Assembly (NCBI GenBank): GCA_021786815.1
Contig: JAJYMR010000107.1
Coordinates: 1-39,088 of the forward strand
DNA: 39,088 nt
From: Deltaproteobacteria bacterium
Lineage (GTDB): Bacteria > Desulfobacterota > Binatia > Binatales > Binataceae
Reading direction: 5' to 3'
Each line of letters starts with the position of its first letter. Within the stretch, counting starts at the first letter, position 1. The position numbers and the translations under genes are program-made. This document shows, in pieces, positions 34,277-39,088 of this stretch. Below the pieces are notes generated by a model that did no database searches, was not told the origin of the DNA, and saw only the letters and a list, made by a program, of their open reading frames with translations.

Positions 34277-34780
34277 ATGAGCATAAAGGATCCCAAGGAA
34301 GTATTCGTGTGGTTGCTCAGCGACGTGCGACAGGCCTCGGAGCGGACCACCAAGATCTTTCAGGAGCTCAGTCAGGTCGCGGAAAATCCCGACATCAAGG
34401 AGGCCCTCGAGGCGCGAGTGTTCGCGTCGCAGCGGGTTAACGAGAAACTCGATCAGTGCTTCAAGCTAATCGGCGCGCAGCCGGTAAAGACCAGCGGACG
34501 CCTCCAGGAGACATTCCTTGAAGACTTCCGCAAGGAACTGACTCAAATCGAGTCTCCGGCTGCGAAGCACCTCTTCGTCCTGGCCAAGGCTAATCACCTC
34601 GCTCACCTGCGAATCGGAGAATATGTGGCGCTGATCGCGGCCGCCGACATGACCGGTCACTACGGCGTCGGCGTGCTGCTCGAGAGTTGCCTGGCGGACA
34701 AACTCGCATTCGTCGAACGGACCCGGCGGATGATCAGGCACATGGTCGAGGGCAGGATGGCGGCAAGACTGGCCGCGTAA
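34277..34780 (+). CDS. DUF892 (YciE/YciF-like) ferritin-like stress protein
   Basis: A helical 167-aa protein whose pattern (L.DVR.A...T.KIF.EL...A.NP.IKEALE.....Q...KL.Q.F..IG..P) matches the DUF892 layout. GAGGAG SD. Confidence 0.7.
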   Translation: MSIKDPKEVFVWLLSDVRQASERTTKIFQELSQVAENPDIKEALEARVFASQRVNEKLDQCFKLIGAQPVKTSGRLQETFLEDFRKELTQIESPAAKHLFVLAKANHLAHLRIGEYVALIAAADMTGHYGVGVLLESCLADKLAFVERTRRMIRHMVEGRMAARLAA

Positions 34781-34810
34781 TATCGCGTCTGCGTCATCTG
34801 AAATGAAACG

Positions 34811-34858
34811 GCGGCGCGCGCTGACGTCGTAGGAGCAGTGCGCGCCGCTTATATTATT
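34811..34858 (+). terminator. Rho-independent terminator after the DUF892 gene
   Basis: Perfect 9-bp stem GCGGCGCGC/GCGCGCCGC (34811-34819 / 34840-34848) followed by TTATATTATT. Confidence 0.6.
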
Positions 34859-35042
34859 GAGGGGTCTGATGCAGGCGCGGAGATTGCGATGAAGGGGGTC
34901 GCAATCCGCCCTGATTTCAGCGCTGCCGAAAAGCTCCTGCGGCGCCTGTGAAGGACGCACCTTGGGCACCCTCGCCCGCTTTTCGGCGGGTCTTTGCACG
35001 GTTATCATCGCCTGATGGGAGAGAATCCGCGGGTTTGCCTTG

Positions 35043-36173
35043 ATGGCCGACGCTAAAACAGGCGATGCCGGCGACGCGCCCGCTGCGAAACGCGTGCTCA
35101 TCGTTCTGCTCGGCGCGATTGGCGACGTGGTGCGCGCGCTTCCGCTTCTCGGGCGAATCCGCCGCGGATGGCCGTCGGCGCACATTGCGTGGGCGGTCGA
35201 GCCGAAATCGGAGCCGGTTCTTCGCAATCATCCCTGGCTCGACGAGATCATCCTGTTCGACAGGACGCGCGTCCCGTATTCGGTATTTCCGTTTCTTTCC
35301 AAGGTGCGCGAGGGGCGATTCGATCTCGTTCTCGACCTTCAGCGTATCCTGAAAAGCGGTGTGATCTCGCGCTACTCGGGAGCGCCCGAGCGTATCGGTT
35401 TTTCCGCGGCGAACACCAAGGAGCTGAACCATCTTTTCTCCACGCGCCAGATAGAGCCGCAGACCGAGATGAGCCTCAAGCTGCTCCAGTACCAGGCATT
35501 CGGCGACGCGCTGGGTCTCGCGCCGTGCCCGATTGAATTCGGCCTCGCCGCCACGGAGCGGGAGCGTATCCGCGCGCGCGAGCTGCTCGGCGACGCGCCG
35601 CGGCCGATTCTTGGCGTGATCCTTGGCTCCTCATGGCCGAGCCGGATTTATTTTCCCGAGTCGATAGCGGCGGTTATTCGCGGGCTCGCATCCGCAAACG
35701 GCTCCGGTCCGGGGCTTTTCCCGGTGCTGCTCGGAGGCCCCGACGACGCGGCGCTCGCGCGTGCGGTCGCCGCCGAGATGCGGGGCGCTCCGATGCTCGA
35801 CCTTGCGGGCCGCACCTCGCTTCGCGACCTTGTCGCGATTTTTCCCGAGTGCGCGGCGGCGTTCGGGCCGGATTCGGGGCCGATGCATATCGCGGCGGCA
35901 ACCGGGTGCCCGGTCGTGTCGCTGTGGGGTTCGACGTCGCCCACTCGTTCCGCGCCTTGGGGTTTCGAGCGATTCGCGCTGCGCGGCGAAATCCCGTGCC
36001 ATCCGTGTTACCTCAGGCGATGCCCGATCGGGCGCGAGTGCATGCATCGGATAAGTCCTGAGGGCGTAATCGAGGCCGTGAAATCTGCCCTGCGCGAGCG
36101 GGCGGGAAGAACCGTTGACGGCGGTGAAGCGTTCGCGGCCCACCCGCGCACGAGTGCCGGAAATCCTTCATGA
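35043..36173 (+). CDS. Family 9 glycosyltransferase (LPS heptosyltransferase-like)
   Basis: VLIVLLGAIGDVVRALPLL...IAWAVEP N-terminus and the C-terminal GPDSGPMHIAAA motif typical of GT9. Confidence 0.85.
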   Translation: MADAKTGDAGDAPAAKRVLIVLLGAIGDVVRALPLLGRIRRGWPSAHIAWAVEPKSEPVLRNHPWLDEIILFDRTRVPYSVFPFLSKVREGRFDLVLDLQRILKSGVISRYSGAPERIGFSAANTKELNHLFSTRQIEPQTEMSLKLLQYQAFGDALGLAPCPIEFGLAATERERIRARELLGDAPRPILGVILGSSWPSRIYFPESIAAVIRGLASANGSGPGLFPVLLGGPDDAALARAVAAEMRGAPMLDLAGRTSLRDLVAIFPECAAAFGPDSGPMHIAAATGCPVVSLWGSTSPTRSAPWGFERFALRGEIPCHPCYLRRCPIGRECMHRISPEGVIEAVKSALRERAGRTVDGGEAFAAHPRTSAGNPS

Positions 36174-37042
36174 CCCGGGAGCCGCCAAGCGAGTACCTGG
36201 AGCGTTCGGGATGGCGATTCGTGTTTCCCGAACAGGCGCTGGGCGGCCAGTCCCGCGAGCGATTGGTCGAAGTCGTGCTCGACGCCGTCTCGGGCAGGCG
36301 CGGCGAGCCGCTCAGACGCTCGCGTCATGCGACCTCGTATCGGCTCGAGTTCGCGGGCGAGCCTCTGGCTTCCAATATCCAGATAGTTTTCCTCAAGGTT
36401 CTCGACGCTCCCTCGGGCGCTGCGGGCCTGCTCAAAAGGGCATGGCGCGGGACAGTCGTTGGCCATCTGGTCCGGGTGGTCGCGTCGCTTCGGCGCAAGG
36501 GAATTGACGCGCCGCGCGTGCTGCTCGCCGGATACGACCGCCGCGCCGGGCGGGAACTTGTCGCAATCGAAGGCTTGCCCGGCCGGTTGGTGTCGTACTA
36601 CGTGGACCGCCGCTCGAATACCGAGCGAGCCACGCGGCGCGAAATCCTGCGGGCGCTGGGGCGCGAGATCGCCCGGCTCCATCGTCTCGGATACATCCAC
36701 GGTGACCTCACTCCATACAACGTGCTGGTAACTTCCGTTTCCCCGCCGCGTTTCGGATTCATCGATCACGAGCGGACCCGTCGGCGCAGGGTCCTCGCCG
36801 TTGAACGCCATCGGATGCGCAACCTGGTGCAACTCGGGCGGTTTGATATCCCCGGGCTTTCGCGCACCGATCGCGTGCGCGTGCTCGCCGCGTATGCGGA
36901 CGAGATGGGCCTTGAGCGTCGCCGTGCGCTCAGGCTTGTGTCCCGAATGCTTCAGGCGCGTCTCAATCGTGACCAGGTCCGTATGGACTCCAAATTCGCC
37001 TCTGGTGCAGTGATGGAAGAGCGAAGAGCAGGAGGGAGCTGA
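36170..37042 (+). CDS. Lipopolysaccharide kinase (Kdo/WaaP) family protein
   Basis: LHRLGYIHGDLTPYNVLV...FIDHERT catalytic-loop pattern. The ATG overlaps the GT9 stop (ATGA). Confidence 0.7.
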   Translation: MTREPPSEYLERSGWRFVFPEQALGGQSRERLVEVVLDAVSGRRGEPLRRSRHATSYRLEFAGEPLASNIQIVFLKVLDAPSGAAGLLKRAWRGTVVGHLVRVVASLRRKGIDAPRVLLAGYDRRAGRELVAIEGLPGRLVSYYVDRRSNTERATRREILRALGREIARLHRLGYIHGDLTPYNVLVTSVSPPRFGFIDHERTRRRRVLAVERHRMRNLVQLGRFDIPGLSRTDRVRVLAAYADEMGLERRRALRLVSRMLQARLNRDQVRMDSKFASGAVMEERRAGGS

Positions 37043-37737
37043 TGGACCATGAGCCGGTGAAAATCTCGGTGGTGATTCCTGTTTACAACGAGGTAAAGAC
37101 CGTCGGCCAGGTGATGGATCGGGTCCTCAACTGCGGATTCGACGCGGAGATTATCGTGGTGGATGACGCTTCGACCGACGGGACGCGCGAATTCCTGCGC
37201 ACGTTCGAACATCCCAGGGTCAAGGTCCTCTACCACGCAAAAAATCGCGGCAAAGGCGCGGCGCTCAGGCTCGGCTTCGCCGCCACAAGCAACCCGTACG
37301 TTTTCGTTCAGGATGCCGACCTGGAATACGATCCCAGGGACTACCATCGCATGATAGAGCCGCTGCTCGACGGACGGGCCGATATGGTGTACGGGTCGCG
37401 CTTCCTCGGCGGGCCTCATCGCGTGCTCTTTTTCTGGCACTACGTGGGCAACCGATTGATAACGCTTGTCTCGAACATGGTAAGCGACCTCAACCTGAGC
37501 GACATGGAAACCGGCATGAAGGCATTCCTGCGCGAAAAGCTGATAGAGCTCAAGTTGAGCGCCAATCGCTTTACCTTCGAGCCCGAGATCACGAGCAAGG
37601 CGGCGCGGGCCGGATGGCGTATCTACGAGGTGCCCGTCTCCTATTCCGGACGCACGTACGAAGAGGGAAAGAAAATCGGATGGCGCGACGCGGTAACCGC
37701 GCTCGCCGCGATCCTGTACTACAGGCTTCTTGACTGA
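37042..37737 (+). CDS. Family 2 glycosyltransferase (polyprenol-phosphate glycosyltransferase-like)
   Basis: ISVVIPVYNE...IIVVDDASTDGT...QDADLEYDP motifs. 1-nt overlap with the upstream stop. Confidence 0.85.
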   Translation: MDHEPVKISVVIPVYNEVKTVGQVMDRVLNCGFDAEIIVVDDASTDGTREFLRTFEHPRVKVLYHAKNRGKGAALRLGFAATSNPYVFVQDADLEYDPRDYHRMIEPLLDGRADMVYGSRFLGGPHRVLFFWHYVGNRLITLVSNMVSDLNLSDMETGMKAFLREKLIELKLSANRFTFEPEITSKAARAGWRIYEVPVSYSGRTYEEGKKIGWRDAVTALAAILYYRLLD

Positions 37738-37760
37738 GCCGAGCGCGCCGCTGGACCACG

Positions 37761-38954
37761 ATGCTCGAACGGACCGCCGACGACAACCAGGACGATAGTC
37801 CCGCCGACTCGCGCACGCGCGACGCCGTGGAAGGTCCGCTTCGCGTTCTCGGGGTCGATCCCGAGCTTGGCTTTGCCGGCGGCGAAACCCAGGTTCTCGG
37901 ACTCACGCTGGAACTGCTTCGCGCGGGACACGACGCAGAGCTTGCCTGCGACCCGCGCGGAGAGCTTTACGCGCGAGCCACGGCTGCGGGTGTCGTATGT
38001 CATGCGCTTTCGATTCGAAACGCCTTGGACCTGGGTGCCGCGTTCAGGCTTCGCGCGATACTTGCCCAGGGCCGCCACGACGTCGTGCATTTCCATACGT
38101 CGAGGGCGCATTCGATGGCGCCGATGGTGGGCGGGATGGCGCGCGCGATGGTCGTCACGCGGCGGATGGATTACCGACCGAACCGCCTGTTCGCGCCTTA
38201 TCTTTACAATCGCGCGGTTGATGCAGTCGCGGCGATCTCGGTTCCCGTGGCGCGCGCGCTCGAAGCCGCGGGCGTAAGTCCCGACCGCGTGGTTATTATT
38301 CCCTCGGGCGTCGATTGCGAGCGGTTTCGTCCCCCAGGGGCTGACGAAAGACGCATCGCGCGCGAGCGTTTCGGTATCGCGTCCGATGAATTCGCGGTGG
38401 GCACGGTCGGCGCCCTCGAAGAGCGAAAAGGCCATCGCTACCTGCTCGAAGCGCTCGCGGCGCTCGGCGCGGAGCCCGGCTCGCCGCGTGTCGTATGCCT
38501 GATCGCGGGCAAAGGCTCGCTTGCCGGAGAGCTTTCGAAGATTGCCGAGCGGCGCGCTATTTCAGGCCGGGTGCGGATGCTCGGACAGGTGGAGGACTCA
38601 AGCCATCTGCTTGCGGCGCTGGACGTGTTCGTGTTTCCCTCGCTCAAGGAGGGCCTTGGCGTCGCGATGCTGGAAGCGATGGCCTCGGGCCTGGCGGTTG
38701 TCGCCAGCGCTTCGGGCGGCGTGACTGACGTAATCGAGGACGGCGTAAGCGGGCTTCTCGTCCCGCCGGCTGATAGCCACGCGATCGCAAAGGCGATAAG
38801 CCGCCTGCGCGACGAGCAGGAACGACGCCGGCTCGGCGCGGCGGCGCGTGAGCGCGTATGCGCGCAATTTTCGATTGCGGCGATGGCGCGAAGGACGGTT
38901 GCCCTTTACCGCGCATGCCTTGCGAGACAGGGACCCAACGAAGGAAGGAACTGA
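37761..38954 (+). CDS. Family 4 (GT-B, group 1) glycosyltransferase
   Basis: C-terminal FPSLKEGLGVAMLEAMASGLAVVAS..GGV.DVIEDGVSGLLVPP motif. The start is uncertain (ATG 37761 or GTG 37827). Confidence 0.85.
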   Translation: MLERTADDNQDDSPADSRTRDAVEGPLRVLGVDPELGFAGGETQVLGLTLELLRAGHDAELACDPRGELYARATAAGVVCHALSIRNALDLGAAFRLRAILAQGRHDVVHFHTSRAHSMAPMVGGMARAMVVTRRMDYRPNRLFAPYLYNRAVDAVAAISVPVARALEAAGVSPDRVVIIPSGVDCERFRPPGADERRIARERFGIASDEFAVGTVGALEERKGHRYLLEALAALGAEPGSPRVVCLIAGKGSLAGELSKIAERRAISGRVRMLGQVEDSSHLLAALDVFVFPSLKEGLGVAMLEAMASGLAVVASASGGVTDVIEDGVSGLLVPPADSHAIAKAISRLRDEQERRRLGAAARERVCAQFSIAAMARRTVALYRACLARQGPNEGRN

Positions 38955-38961
38955 ACGTCAG

Positions 38962-39088
38962 ATGTTAAGCATGACCGGCTTTGGGCGCGCCAGTATCGAA
39001 CGCGACGGCGTTCGGGTGACTGCTGAGATACGCTCACTCAACCAGCGATTTTTCGAACTCAAGATGAACCTGCCCAGAGGATGGGGCG
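38962..39088 (+). CDS. yicC: YicC family stress-induced protein (5' partial, runs off the window)
   Basis: MLSMTGFGRASIERDGVRVTAEIRSLNQRFFELKMNLP matches the characteristic YicC N-terminus (SMTGFG...E.RS.N.R). Confidence 0.75.
   Translation, partial: MLSMTGFGRASIERDGVRVTAEIRSLNQRFFELKMNLPRGWG

Noticed and set aside
34889-34951. 20-codon sORF (MKGVAIRPDFSAAEKLLRRL) with a GGAG SD, followed by a small CCCGC/GCGGG hairpin + TCTTTG, upstream of the GT9 gene: a possible leader peptide or attenuator
   Set aside because: Short ORFs with SD-like purine runs arise by chance at this length. The hairpin is only 5 bp, and nothing in the peptide suggests a sensing function. This cannot be supported without conservation or expression data.
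1-39088. Search for defence systems, toxin-antitoxin pairs, mobile elements, CRISPR and prophage remnants
   Set aside because: No nuclease/ATPase/helicase/methylase combinations, small adjacent antitoxin-toxin ORF pairs, transposase or integrase motifs, terminal inverted repeats or spaced direct repeats were recognisable. The two NUDIX genes look like ordinary housekeeping hydrolases.

Overview
High-GC (roughly 65% by eye) bacterial chromosomal segment with diderm hallmarks: lipobox lipoproteins, LPS-core-type glycosyltransferases, an Slt-type lytic transglycosylase and complex I subunits. The lineage cannot be assigned from the sequence alone. It holds about 45 tightly packed protein genes, many joined by 1-4 nt start/stop overlaps. 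I found no rRNA, tRNA, CRISPR array, transposase, integrase or phage-like gene, and no recognisable defence or toxin-antitoxin module. Gene order, left to right: TetR regulator; CoA-pyrophosphatase-type NUDIX; thiI; a sulfur module (ArsB/NhaD-type permease, persulfide-dioxygenase-rhodanese fusion, VOC protein); a lipoprotein; a sulfotransferase + GT2 pair; a second NUDIX; a translationally coupled ADH-hyuA-hyuB operon; fmdB; the conserved maf-yggS-proC-yggT-yggU cluster; a lipoprotein Slt homologue; a DUF429-like gene; a HAD / two class III CoA-transferases / menA / membrane-protein operon; murU-amgK-like peptidoglycan recycling genes; an orphan nuoA-nuoC-nuoD cluster; a lipoprotein triad; several orphan genes in a gene-sparse stretch; DUF892; an LPS-core-like cluster (GT9, Kdo/WaaP-type kinase, GT2, GT4); and the start of yicC. 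Five things are most worth a second look. (i) The CoA-transferase pair is hard-wired to a MenA-type prenyltransferase. (ii) The nuoACD cluster has no nuoB and ends at a strong terminator. (iii) An uncharacterised triad combines two paralogous lipoproteins with a PEGA lipoprotein. (iv) Two genes (GT2 and DUF429-like) have conserved N-termini in frames with no canonical start codon. (v) The 29.8-35.0 kb stretch looks accessory. None of these is demonstrably a new system from sequence alone; all functional links are inference. Many long ORFs in the supplied track are antisense or alternate-frame artefacts of the high GC content and were rejected.
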